DNA of 64,000 nucleotides from an uncultured Clostridia bacterium (GTDB lineage Bacteria > Cyanobacteriota > Vampirovibrionia > Gastranaerophilales > Gastranaerophilaceae): positions 480 to 64,479 of the forward strand of contig CAMEWS010000003.1 in the NCBI GenBank assembly GCA_945946765.1. The letters run 5' to 3'. Position numbers and translations under genes: made by a program. The notes under the pieces are model-generated. The model saw only the letters and a program-made list of their open reading frames with translations, was not told the DNA's origin and ran no database searches. Below are positions 8,528-18,147 of this stretch, one piece after another (position 1 is the first letter of the stretch; every line of letters begins with the position of its first letter).

Positions 8528-10849
8528 ATGAGCGAAGAACAACAATGCGACTATAGTTTCAATTTCAAACTTGATGACTTTCAAGAAGAAGCCTTATACT
8601 ACATTAACGAAGGCAAAAGCGTTGTTGTATGCGCACCTACGGGAGCAGGTAAAACCTGTATTGCTCAAATGGCTATTCATAAAGCACTAAAAGAAAATAC
8701 AAGAATATTTTATACAACACCATTAAAAGCACTTTCCAACCAAAAATTTACAGACTTTTCCGAAAAATACGGCACAGACAAAGTAGGCTTGCTCACAGGG
8801 GATACTTCCATAAACCGCAACGCACAAATTGTCGTTATGACAACAGAAGTTTTCAGAAACATGCTTTACGGCACAAATCTCGGCTCTGTTTCCGACAACC
8901 TAAAAGATGTTCGCTACGTAGTTTTAGACGAAGTGCACTACATGAATGACGAACAAAGAGGGACTGTTTGGGAAGAAAGTATAATCTACTGCCCCACAAA
9001 TGTCCAAATCATTGCACTTTCTGCAACAGTAGCAAACTCACAACAGTTAACGGATTGGATTAACACGGTTCACTCAAAAACAGAGCTAGTTTATACGGAT
9101 TTTCGCCCCGTACCGTTAAAATATTATTATTACGACTCGTCAAAACCTAATGACGTGCTCCCGCTTTTAAACCCGCAAGGCAAACTTAACAAAAAAATCA
9201 AACCGGAATCAAAAGCCAAACATTTCGGACGCAAAGGCAAAATGCCGCAAAGACAGGTAGCAAAAGATGTTGTGGAAATTCTGCATAAAAAGAATATGCT
9301 CCCGGCAATATACTTTACATTCTCTCGTAAAAAATGCGATGAACAAATGGAAAAATGCGCAGGGCTATGTTTAACCACACCTGAAGAACAAAAAGAAATA
9401 AAAAAAATTGTTGACGAATATATCGCTGAAAACCCGTACTTATACAACAACAAACACCTTGAATACGTCTTGTGCGGTGTTGCTTCACACCATGCCGGAC
9501 TGCTTCCGGGATGGAAAGTCCTTGTAGAAAAACTGTTTCAAAAAGGATTGATAAAAGTAGTTTTTGCAACAGAAACCCTTGCCGCAGGTATAAACATGCC
9601 TGCAAGATCAACTGTTATTTCAGCAGTTTCCAAAAGGACGGACTCAGGTCACAGAATGTTAACCCCAAGCGAATTTTTGCAAATGTCAGGACGTGCGGGA
9701 CGAAGGGGCATGGACGAAATAGGTTACGTAACGGTTGTCGGTACGGCATTTCAATCACCCGAAGAAGTTGCCGACCTTGTAACAAGCGATGCAAACCCAT
9801 TGGAAAGTCGTTTTTCCCCGACATATTCAATGGTTTTAAACCTTCTGCAACGTTTTTCGTTAGAGGAAGCCCAAGAGCTTATCCTAAAAAGTTTCGGCTA
9901 TTACACTTCCACAACACGCCTTACTCCTCTTATGAATCAACAGGCAGAGCTTGATGAAGTGATTAAAGGTATAAAAGAGTTTAAATGTCCGCATAATCAT
10001 TCAACACAGGACATGTTTGAATACAACAAACTTAAAAACATCTATGTTGAACAACGCAAAACAGTTAAAGTTCTAAAAAAACAAATGAATAAAAAGAACG
10101 ATGAAAATATCGAATACGTAAGAAATTTTGAGATTAAAACAAAAGAACTTCTCCACAAAGTACATTCATACCACTGCGAAAACTGCAAGTTGTATCGCAA
10201 ACATGTAAAAGAAACCGAACTTTTGGACAGATTCCAAAAACGTGCCGCAAAACTTGCAAAAACTATCGAATATGAAAAAGATGTTTATTGGAGAATCTTC
10301 TTAAACCATACGGGTGTGCTCAAAAAAATGGGCTATATAGAAAACGATTATCCAAATGAAAAAGGAATGACAACCGCCGCAATAAGAGCCGAAAACGAAT
10401 TGTTCCTATCTGAAATTATATTTAGTGGCATATTAGACACACTAAAACCCGATGAACTGGCATCGGTAATTTGCGCAATAACTACAGAAGACCTGCGAGC
10501 AGATGTATACCCCGAACTACCAATCAGCAAGGGAACAAGAAAAGCACTCAATAAAATTAAAGACATAAGACGCCGAGTTACCATAGTCCAACGTGACTTT
10601 GATATCGAAACACCAATGTACATAAACTCTTATTATTCACCACTCATCGAATACTGGGTAAATGGCGGTGAATGGGACGATTTAATCGAACAAATTCCGA
10701 CAGGCGAAGGTGATGTTGTAAGATGTTTTAAACGCACAATTGACGTATTAAGACAGTTAACAATCGTACCTAATGTATCGGACGAACTCATACAAACAGC
10801 TCGTGCCGCAATTGATGCAATTAACCGTTCACCAATTGATATAGATTAA
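8528..10849 (+). CDS. Ski2-like DEAD/DEAH-box RNA helicase (HelY-type, with C-terminal DSHCT-like region)
   Basis: Motifs APTGAGKT, DEVHY, SAT, HHAGL, TETLAAGINMPA and QMSGRAGRRG, followed by a long C-terminal extension as in Ski2/HelY helicases. Confidence 0.88.
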   Translation: MSEEQQCDYSFNFKLDDFQEEALYYINEGKSVVVCAPTGAGKTCIAQMAIHKALKENTRIFYTTPLKALSNQKFTDFSEKYGTDKVGLLTGDTSINRNAQIVVMTTEVFRNMLYGTNLGSVSDNLKDVRYVVLDEVHYMNDEQRGTVWEESIIYCPTNVQIIALSATVANSQQLTDWINTVHSKTELVYTDFRPVPLKYYYYDSSKPNDVLPLLNPQGKLNKKIKPESKAKHFGRKGKMPQRQVAKDVVEILHKKNMLPAIYFTFSRKKCDEQMEKCAGLCLTTPEEQKEIKKIVDEYIAENPYLYNNKHLEYVLCGVASHHAGLLPGWKVLVEKLFQKGLIKVVFATETLAAGINMPARSTVISAVSKRTDSGHRMLTPSEFLQMSGRAGRRGMDEIGYVTVVGTAFQSPEEVADLVTSDANPLESRFSPTYSMVLNLLQRFSLEEAQELILKSFGYYTSTTRLTPLMNQQAELDEVIKGIKEFKCPHNHSTQDMFEYNKLKNIYVEQRKTVKVLKKQMNKKNDENIEYVRNFEIKTKELLHKVHSYHCENCKLYRKHVKETELLDRFQKRAAKLAKTIEYEKDVYWRIFLNHTGVLKKMGYIENDYPNEKGMTTAAIRAENELFLSEIIFSGILDTLKPDELASVICAITTEDLRADVYPELPISKGTRKALNKIKDIRRRVTIVQRDFDIETPMYINSYYSPLIEYWVNGGEWDDLIEQIPTGEGDVVRCFKRTIDVLRQLTIVPNVSDELIQTARAAIDAINRSPIDID

Positions 10850-10853
10850 AAGT

Positions 10854-11300
10854 CTATGAATTCAGATTTGGTAATTTAATCGGTGTATAACTTTGGGGTG
10901 TAGCCTGTGACAAATCCCAAATCTGTGAACCTCTATCAATAATTTCACAGTAATCATTTGCATCTAAATGATTTTTACCTAACATTTTGGAAAAGCAACC
11001 TTCAATTTTTGACCACCAATTTTTAATAGTAGAAGGTTTTACCTTTTGTATAACCTTTGCAGGATTGCCTAAACAAAGTTTTGTGTTCTTAATCTTTTCC
11101 CGTTCTTCGGGTGTCAACTCTCTTGGAGGATACTTAGCGTCAATTTTTTCTAAAGCCTGAAACGTATCCGGCTCATATTCTTTTAAGTATTCTTTAAATT
11201 CCTCAGTAGTTGTACCTTGAGGAACTCTAATATTGCCATCACCTGCGTTAATACCATTATATGAGGGAGTTGCCGAAAGTGTTAAAGGATATTCGCTCAT
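10854..11300 (-). CDS. hypothetical protein
   Basis: 148-aa ORF. No motif recognised. Confidence 0.4.
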   Translation of the reverse strand: MSEYPLTLSATPSYNGINAGDGNIRVPQGTTTEEFKEYLKEYEPDTFQALEKIDAKYPPRELTPEEREKIKNTKLCLGNPAKVIQKVKPSTIKNWWSKIEGCFSKMLGKNHLDANDYCEIIDRGSQIWDLSQATPQSYTPIKLPNLNS

Positions 11301-11468
11301 AAATTTACACCTTTATACTATAACCTACGTAAATATAAAGTATTTTTGATAAAAAAAATTGCGTTATTTTTATGTTTTTTATTTTAATTTTGTTTTGTAT
11401 TTTTCTTGCTCATTGCTCGGGATGGATTTGTCCTACCGGACCCACACAACACCCGTCCGAAAATACGC

Positions 11469-11497
11469 AAAAAATTGCCTCGATTTCTCGAGGCAAT
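11469..11497 (-). terminator. rho-independent terminator downstream of tuf
   Basis: Stem AATTGCCTCGA / TCGAGGCAATT with a TTTC loop. On the minus strand it is followed by a run of six T. Confidence 0.6.
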
Positions 11498-11664
11498 TTC
11501 AAATTCAGATATGTTGTATTTAAAATCATATCTTGGATTATTGACGTTCACAAGGTTTAGCATTCCGTTTCAAATTTTTATTCTAAAAATTTTTCACTTC
11601 ATTGACCTTGCTCACATGGCTGTTTGCTCGCCTTCGGCTCGACACCACAGCCGTACAAAATCCG

Positions 11665-12873
11665 CTACTCAATAATTTTGTCTACAACACCGGCACCAAC
11701 TGTACGTCCGCCTTCTCTGATAGCGAATCTCATACCTTGTTCGATAGCTACAGGAGCAATCAATTCAACGTCCATAACAACGTTGTCACCAGGCATTACC
11801 ATTTCGCCTTCAAATTTGATAGAACCGGTTACGTCAGTAGTTCTGATGTAGAACTGAGGTCTGTATCCGGGGAAGAATGGAGTGTGACGTCCGCCTTCAT
11901 CTTTAGTTAAAACGTAAACGTTAGCTGTAAATTTAGTGTGAGGTGTGATTGAACCGGGAGCAGCCAATACTTGACCACGTTGAATTTCAGTTTTGTCAAT
12001 ACCACGAAGTAATGCACCGATGTTATCACCTGCAAGACCTTCGTCTAACAATTTTCTGAACATTTCAACACCAGTTACGGTTGTTTTCTTAGTTTCGCCG
12101 AAACCAACGATTTCAACTTCTTGACCAACTTTAACTTTACCTCTTTCAACACGGCCAGTAGCAACTGTACCACGACCTGTGATAGAGAATACGTCTTCAA
12201 CCGGCATCAAGAATGGTTTGTCCAAATCACGTTCAGGTGTAGGAACATAAGAGTCAACTGCATCCATAAGTTCCCAAATTTTGTCAACCCATTTGTCTTC
12301 GCCACGTTTAATGCTTGGATTAGCTTGAACAGCTTCTAAAGCTTTTAAAGCAGAACCTTTGATAATAGGAATATTGTCACCGTCAAATTCATAAGAAGAT
12401 AACAATTCTCTTGTTTCCATTTCAACGAGGTCGAGAAGTTCTTCATCATCAACCATATCGCATTTGTTAAGGAATACAACCAATTTAGGTACACCAACTT
12501 GTCTTGCCAACAAGATGTGTTCTCTTGTTTGAGGCATAGGACCGTCTGTAGCAGCGATAACGAGGATACCGCCGTCCATTTGAGCTGCACCTGTAATCAT
12601 GTTTTTAACATAGTCAGCGTGGCCGGGGCAGTCAACGTGTGCATAGTGTCTGTCAGCTGTTTCATATTCTACGTGAGCAGTAGAGATAGTAATACCTCTT
12701 GCTTTTTCTTCAGGAGCAGCATCGATTTCGTCGAATTTTTTAGCTTGAGCTTGACCAGCTGCTGCTAATACAGAAGTGATAGCTGCTGTTAATGTAGTTT
12801 TACCGTGGTCAACGTGGCCTACTGTACCAATGTTAACGTGCGGTTTCGTACGTTCATACTTTTCGCGTGCCAT
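11665..12873 (-). CDS. tuf: elongation factor Tu
   Basis: [36 protein letters not shown] and NKCD motifs. Full-length at 402 aa. Confidence 0.98.
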   Translation of the reverse strand: MAREKYERTKPHVNIGTVGHVDHGKTTLTAAITSVLAAAGQAQAKKFDEIDAAPEEKARGITISTAHVEYETADRHYAHVDCPGHADYVKNMITGAAQMDGGILVIAATDGPMPQTREHILLARQVGVPKLVVFLNKCDMVDDEELLDLVEMETRELLSSYEFDGDNIPIIKGSALKALEAVQANPSIKRGEDKWVDKIWELMDAVDSYVPTPERDLDKPFLMPVEDVFSITGRGTVATGRVERGKVKVGQEVEIVGFGETKKTTVTGVEMFRKLLDEGLAGDNIGALLRGIDKTEIQRGQVLAAPGSITPHTKFTANVYVLTKDEGGRHTPFFPGYRPQFYIRTTDVTGSIKFEGEMVMPGDNVVMDVELIAPVAIEQGMRFAIREGGRTVGAGVVDKIIE

Positions 12874-13040
12874 TAGAGTAATCTCCTTTTTCTCTAGTTT
12901 ATCTACTACTTGCTATTGTATTTCAATAGTTGGCATGAAGGACACAATGCGCCCTGTCATTATACAATCTTATATGCTCATTTGAAAAAGTCAACATGCA
13001 ATTTTTAAAAGCCTTAACACACAATAAACTTCCAACTAAT

Positions 13041-13222
13041 TGTCACCCTGAATTTGTTTGACTACTTTTTCCAAAATCTTTGATTTTGTGTAAAATGTCC
13101 GGTTTTCCACAGAGTCTGCACAATCTACAGATGCCGCACTGCGGCTGCGCCTTGTAAGGACAGGGTCACAGTCATCACCTTCGGTTCTGACGTTCCCTTT
13201 GTCAAACAAGTTCGAAATGACA
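13041..13222. repeat. MITE-like intergenic element, copy A
   Basis: Imperfect terminal inverted repeats TGTCACCCTGAATTTGTTTGAC (13041-13062) and the reverse complement of 13195-13222. The 88-bp core 13134-13221 is 85/88 identical to 63070-63157. Confidence 0.7.
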
Positions 13223-13364
13223 TTAAGTTTTAAGATTACACTCACGACTTTCTTACTCGGCAAGCCTCTACAAACGAAATTCGTTTAAACCATTTTACTC
13301 TTAATATTGACTTTAAAATAAAAATTATTAAAACTGATTTGTCACAGATTTTCGAGAAAAAAAC

Positions 13365-13748
13365 ATGTTTACATTTTTTAAACGCAAAAAAGAATGCACC
13401 CACCCCAAAGTCACCCCTGACAAAGATGCCTGTTATTGTCCCGACTGCGGGAAATACGTAGAAAATCACTGGTATCTTACAAGATGCAGTTGCTGCAATA
13501 TAAAAAGAAAAACAACAGTCAAATTCGGACAAATTATACCCGAAACTAAATACTGCCCCAATTGCGGTGCAGAACAGTTTTATGTTGAAGCCGTCAAAAA
13601 CATCAATTTTATAGATATAAATTTTGCCGTCTTAATAAAAGAAATTAACGAATCACGTTCACAAAACAGAACACAAAGCTGGCTGGAGCAAAACAACAAC
13701 GAACCTTTAAAACTCATAGGTATAAATTTTCAAACTACAACTAATTAA
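13365..13748 (+). CDS. hypothetical zinc-ribbon protein
   Basis: CPDCGKY...CSCCN and CPNCG cysteine pairs. Preferred over the overlapping minus-strand ORF 13242..13532. Confidence 0.45.
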   Translation: MFTFFKRKKECTHPKVTPDKDACYCPDCGKYVENHWYLTRCSCCNIKRKTTVKFGQIIPETKYCPNCGAEQFYVEAVKNINFIDINFAVLIKEINESRSQNRTQSWLEQNNNEPLKLIGINFQTTTN

Positions 13749-13840
13749 GTTTTGTAAATAAGATATAAAATAAAAGTAAATTATTTTCTTTGAGTTGTTT
13801 TCATGCAAAAGTTAGAAAGTAAGTTTCAAGGAGAATAATT

Positions 13841-14335
13841 ATGCGTATTCCAAAAAGCAATTTATACGAAAACGCTAAAAACGTTATGATATTAAATTCA
13901 CCAAGATATAGTTTAATAACAGAAGATTACGTAATATCTAAAAAAAATGCGTTCAAAATTATCCAACAATTTAAACAAAACAAAAGCCAATATAACGCAT
14001 TAAGAGGACAAGTTAACGCTCAAGCATCAAGTGCGGGAATGAGATTAAACATTCGTTTTTCAGAAACCCATCCCGGAAAATTAGAAGTAGACATTGCTCA
14101 TAAATCTATTCCTAACTCAAGAGAATTAGCAGGCGAAATTGTAAAAATATTTTCAGACTCTGCAAATATGAAAACTCATTTTAAAGAAGTTTTTAAAATG
14201 CTAAAAGGATCAATAAAAAGTGAGTCTCAAGGCGGAGTAAAAACGGTGATTATCAGCCCGGAAGAACCTTATGCAACAAAAATCAGAGAAGCACTGCTTG
14301 ATGTTATAGAAGCCAAAGAACTGGCAAGACATTAA
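13841..14335 (+). CDS. hypothetical protein
   Basis: 164-aa ORF with a GGAG RBS upstream. No motif recognised. Confidence 0.45.
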   Translation: MRIPKSNLYENAKNVMILNSPRYSLITEDYVISKKNAFKIIQQFKQNKSQYNALRGQVNAQASSAGMRLNIRFSETHPGKLEVDIAHKSIPNSRELAGEIVKIFSDSANMKTHFKEVFKMLKGSIKSESQGGVKTVIISPEEPYATKIREALLDVIEAKELARH

Positions 14336-14355
14336 TTAATAATAAAAAACAACTA

Positions 14356-14391
14356 AAAACCGCCCCCAAAAATAAAATGGGAGCGGTTTTT
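14356..14391. terminator. bidirectional rho-independent terminator between convergent genes
   Basis: AAAAACCGCCCCC...GGGAGCGGTTTTT hairpin flanked by an A-run and a T-run, between the 13841 ORF (+) and tpiA (-). Confidence 0.6.
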
Positions 14392-14433
14392 AATATTTAT
14401 AAACATTGTTATAAAGTAATGCTATTAACTTTA

Positions 14434-15222
14434 CTAGACAGATACCTTCATTGCACCTGTAACAATTTGAGCAAAGCTGTCAGCCTTAAGACTTGCACCA
14501 CCAACTAACGCACCATCAATGTCAGATTTTGACATTTGTTCTTCAATAGTAGCAGGTTTAACACTTCCGCCGTAAAGAATTCTGATTGAATCAGCAGATG
14601 CTGAACCTGAAACTTCTTTAACAACGTTTCTAATCATTGCAATTACTCTGTTAGCTTCATCGCTGTCACAAGTTTTACCTGTACCGATAGCCCAAATAGG
14701 TTCGTAAGCGATAATTGACTTAGCAACTTCTTCGGCGCTCAAACCTTCTAAAGCTGCTTTAATTTGAGAAGCAATATGAGAATCCGTTACACCTGATTCT
14801 CTTTGTTCAAGAGATTCACCGCAGCAAATGATAGGTACTAAACCTTGAGCAAGAATAGCTTTTGCTTTTTTGTTAACCATTTCATCAGTTTCGCCAAAGT
14901 ATTGTCTTCTTTCGGAGTGACCGATGATAATATATTCGCATCCTGCATCTTTTGCCATTTGAACGGAAACTTCACCTGTAAAAGCGCCTTTTTCTTCAAA
15001 ATGACAATTTTGACAAGCAAGTCTTACTTTTCCGCAACCGCAATCTGTCATAGCTTTGTTAACTGCATACAAAGAAGTAAATACAGGTGCAACAACAACT
15101 TCAGGCATTGTTTCCTTGTTAAGCTCTTTTAATTCTTTCATCAAACCGTTAATTAATTCTACTGATTCGGATTGCAAGTTATGCATTTTCCAGTTACCTG
15201 CAATAACGGGTCTTCTAGCCAT
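14434..15222 (-). CDS. tpiA: triosephosphate isomerase
   Basis: AGNWKMH, IIGHSERR, AYEPIWAIGTG and YGGSV motifs. Confidence 0.95.
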   Translation of the reverse strand: MARRPVIAGNWKMHNLQSESVELINGLMKELKELNKETMPEVVVAPVFTSLYAVNKAMTDCGCGKVRLACQNCHFEEKGAFTGEVSVQMAKDAGCEYIIIGHSERRQYFGETDEMVNKKAKAILAQGLVPIICCGESLEQRESGVTDSHIASQIKAALEGLSAEEVAKSIIAYEPIWAIGTGKTCDSDEANRVIAMIRNVVKEVSGSASADSIRILYGGSVKPATIEEQMSKSDIDGALVGGASLKADSFAQIVTGAMKVSV

Positions 15223-15495
15223 AATTCAAAACTCCTTATTTTTGTACAAATTACAAATGAATCGTAGTCAAAACATTAAACATAGTCAACACACAAAATA
15301 CAGAACTCAATCGGAATTATTAACTTTTGTAAAGCACCAAAACCCTTGCGCTGATTAAAAAACAAAAATTAGTATATATTTTTTAGATAAATTTTAGCAA
15401 TAAATTATACAAAAAATACTTTATATAAGAGTAAGGCAAACGCCTCAAACACAAACCACAAAAGAGATTACAACATTATATCGGAGGAAACACAC

Positions 15496-15684
15496 ATGGC
15501 AAGAGTTCTTATTTCAATGCCCGAAGAATTTTTAAACAAAATTGACGGAGTAGCAGAAACAGAAAACCGTACAAGAAGCGAACTTATCAGAGAAGCATTG
15601 AGAACTTATATTCACAAACAAAAAGTCAGAGAAAACTCATTGGCAGCAAAAAATGCTAATATTTTAGAAGCTTTACTTGACTAA
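15496..15684 (+). CDS. CopG/ribbon-helix-helix family DNA-binding protein
   Basis: 62 aa. RVLISMPEEFLNKID...RTRSELIREALRTYI fits the RHH beta-strand plus two-helix pattern. Confidence 0.72.
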   Translation: MARVLISMPEEFLNKIDGVAETENRTRSELIREALRTYIHKQKVRENSLAAKNANILEALLD

Positions 15685-15854
15685 TAAAGGCTATTGATTC
15701 GGGGATATTAAGAGAAAACCACAAACGCAAACTAAAAAATCAGCGCAAAACAGACTAAGAGAGAATGGATAAAAACTAATACGGACTTAACTAATAGAGA
15801 AAAAGCAATAAATTAGGCAATACTAGACTTATAGAGAAATTTTTGGGGAAAATA

Positions 15855-15886
15855 AAAAATCGGCTTACAAACAGCCGATTTTTTAT
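15855..15886. terminator. rho-independent terminator hairpin
   Basis: AAAAAATCGGCT-TACAAAC-AGCCGATTTTTT. Confidence 0.55.
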
Positions 15887-15992
15887 TGTAAATCATTGTA
15901 AACTCTAACTTAAAAACACTAAAGAATCCTTAAAAATATTCCGTATATAAACATGGAATGAAATCTAATTTTTTGTGTGAAGGGATAACAAA

Positions 15993-18113
15993 ATGGATAA
16001 CCGCATAAACCCCAATATTAATATTCATATATCAAAAGTAAAATCGGATAAACCAACACAATCGGAACAACCAAAAGTACAAGAATCGCAAACACATGAA
16101 ACACAAATGCACTATGATCCTAATGAATATTTGGGCAGAAGCATGGTAAAGCCTAAACAAACCATATCCACCAACTCGCTTTCACCAAAACAAAAAAAAC
16201 AAGAACAAATTAAAAACCTTGCAGTAGCTCTCAATGATAAAGATATAGCAGAAGACATTGTTGAAAACTGTTTTGATGATGAAAAAATAAAAGAAAATCT
16301 GCTCGAAAACCCTGAATTATTAGCAGGCTTTTATGATACATATAAAGCAAAATACTGCCATGGAGACAAAAGAGGAGACAGACTCGGCAACTGGGAAACC
16401 TGCTACCATATTGAGCAACTAGCAAAAGAATGCGGTGGTAAACTAAAAGAATATCATCTGGAAAACTACAAATTACTGGACAATACTTACAATCAAGATG
16501 AAGCCACTCTTAACGAAGTTTTAAAGGGCTTAAATGATGATAATAACCAAATACCGCAGCAGCTTATAAATCAATATACAAAACCGAATCTTACAAGCAT
16601 TGCAAATGTACTTAATAACTGCGTAAATTCTCAAATCACCGGTACAGTGTCTTCTTTAATGAGCAATGTATCAGAGCACGATTTAACAGACATTTCAGAC
16701 TTTTTATTTGAAAATACCGAAAAAACAGAAGTATTTGTTTCACTGATTCAATCCAATGTAACATTAAACTCAAAGCTGAAAGAAATTGTCAAAGAATCAC
16801 CTAAAGAAGCACTTCAAAACATATTAAAAAATCTTGAATACTTAAAACAAGAATATAACTCCAAAAGCTTTCTCTTCCCAAATTTAGACAAAGATACCAT
16901 TATAACAATGATGGACGATATCGGTCACGTATTTAGATTTGACAGCACTACAGGGAATCTGGTCAGCATAGCTGTTAACAATACCGTAATAAACCCCGAA
17001 CTCGGCACAAAAATAACAAGCCGTTCCACTACAAAACCGGACCCTCTTTTTAAGACTGTAGGAAAATCTCAAGATGTTCCCGATTTTAGAGAAATTGTTA
17101 TTAATAAACAAAACGGAAAAGAAGTATCTACAGAAACGTTAAAAGAATCACCGGTTAAAGGCGAATATGAAATCTGGCAAACATACCCCGACGGCTCAAA
17201 AGATTTAATCGGTCTTGCAGAATATGACCAAAACGGAGGCAAGCACGTAGAAAAAACCTTAACCGCACTTGACGGTTCTAAAACTCACTATGCCTACGCC
17301 GATGACAAAGAAGGCAACAGATTTTTGCACTACAACATAACCGATAAGAACGGTAACGTAATTTTTAAAACCGAAAAGAAGTTTAAAGTACTGTCCGAAA
17401 ACCACTACCAAACTTCAAAAAATAATGAACATTACGACATAGAAATAAAAGATAACAAAATCATCACTACAAAACTCGATCCTAACAAAGAAAAAACAGA
17501 CGAAGTTGTGGAATATAAACTTGTTGATTTTTCAGATGATGATTATAAAAAAATATATGAAAACTTTAACGGAACTGATGAAAGCACAATAACAGAAGCA
17601 TTAAAAAACGCAGGATACGGTAATATAGTCGACAGAAAGCTATTACCACTGTTAAAACAACTCTCAGGTGATGAATGGTTTGCACTCAATAAAAACACAG
17701 AATATATTATTAGACATAAAACAGAGCCCTTAGGCGCCTTTGCAGGTATAAACTGTATTGTTGTGGGCGATAAAATAAGCGAAAACGGCTTTCTTGCCAC
17801 CATTGAGCATGAAATAGGACACGAAAAATTTGTTCATCTCAAATTGAATGAAGATACAGAACTACAAAGGATTTATAACGAAGAAAGAACAAACTTCATA
17901 AACTCTTTCCCCAAAGAAAATATAGATTCTATCGATTATTTTCTAAACGACAATAAGTACGGCTTGCGCGGACTCAACGAAACCTGTGCGGAAACAAACC
18001 AGCTTATCAATATTCCGCAATCATTTGACGGTATAAAAGACAGAACAATAATTCTTCAGCAGTTTTTCCCAAAAACCATAGCATATATTGCCAATAAATA
18101 CAAAAATTATTAA
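15993..18113 (+). CDS. large protein with a YD-like beta-repeat region and a C-terminal HExxH zincin-like module (paralogue of 55887..58610)
   Basis: HEIGHE followed about 60 aa later by ETCAETN. The DGSKTHYAYADDKEGNRFLHYNITDKNGNVIF block aligns with the second copy. No signal peptide seen. Confidence 0.55.
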   Translation: MDNRINPNINIHISKVKSDKPTQSEQPKVQESQTHETQMHYDPNEYLGRSMVKPKQTISTNSLSPKQKKQEQIKNLAVALNDKDIAEDIVENCFDDEKIKENLLENPELLAGFYDTYKAKYCHGDKRGDRLGNWETCYHIEQLAKECGGKLKEYHLENYKLLDNTYNQDEATLNEVLKGLNDDNNQIPQQLINQYTKPNLTSIANVLNNCVNSQITGTVSSLMSNVSEHDLTDISDFLFENTEKTEVFVSLIQSNVTLNSKLKEIVKESPKEALQNILKNLEYLKQEYNSKSFLFPNLDKDTIITMMDDIGHVFRFDSTTGNLVSIAVNNTVINPELGTKITSRSTTKPDPLFKTVGKSQDVPDFREIVINKQNGKEVSTETLKESPVKGEYEIWQTYPDGSKDLIGLAEYDQNGGKHVEKTLTALDGSKTHYAYADDKEGNRFLHYNITDKNGNVIFKTEKKFKVLSENHYQTSKNNEHYDIEIKDNKIITTKLDPNKEKTDEVVEYKLVDFSDDDYKKIYENFNGTDESTITEALKNAGYGNIVDRKLLPLLKQLSGDEWFALNKNTEYIIRHKTEPLGAFAGINCIVVGDKISENGFLATIEHEIGHEKFVHLKLNEDTELQRIYNEERTNFINSFPKENIDSIDYFLNDNKYGLRGLNETCAETNQLINIPQSFDGIKDRTIILQQFFPKTIAYIANKYKNY

Positions 18114-18147
18114 AACAAATTGAAAATTCTGACCAACAGCTTGTCGT

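Noticed and set aside
9472-9954. 160-aa alternative-frame ORF, plus several minus-strand ORFs, inside the Ski2-like helicase gene
   Set aside because: They are embedded in a gene with all helicase motifs intact. The products are Arg/Cys-rich frame-shifted artefacts.
11602-12985. Multiple 60-100-aa ORFs antisense to or out of frame with tuf
   Set aside because: EF-Tu is full length and unambiguous. These are shadow ORFs.
13036-13532. Minus-strand ORFs of 75 aa and 96 aa over the MITE-like repeat and the zinc-ribbon gene start
   Set aside because: The 75-aa ORF is a translation of the repeat element, and a near-identical segment recurs at 63.1 kb with no equivalent ORF. The 96-aa ORF conflicts with a plus-strand ORF that has Cys-pair motifs.
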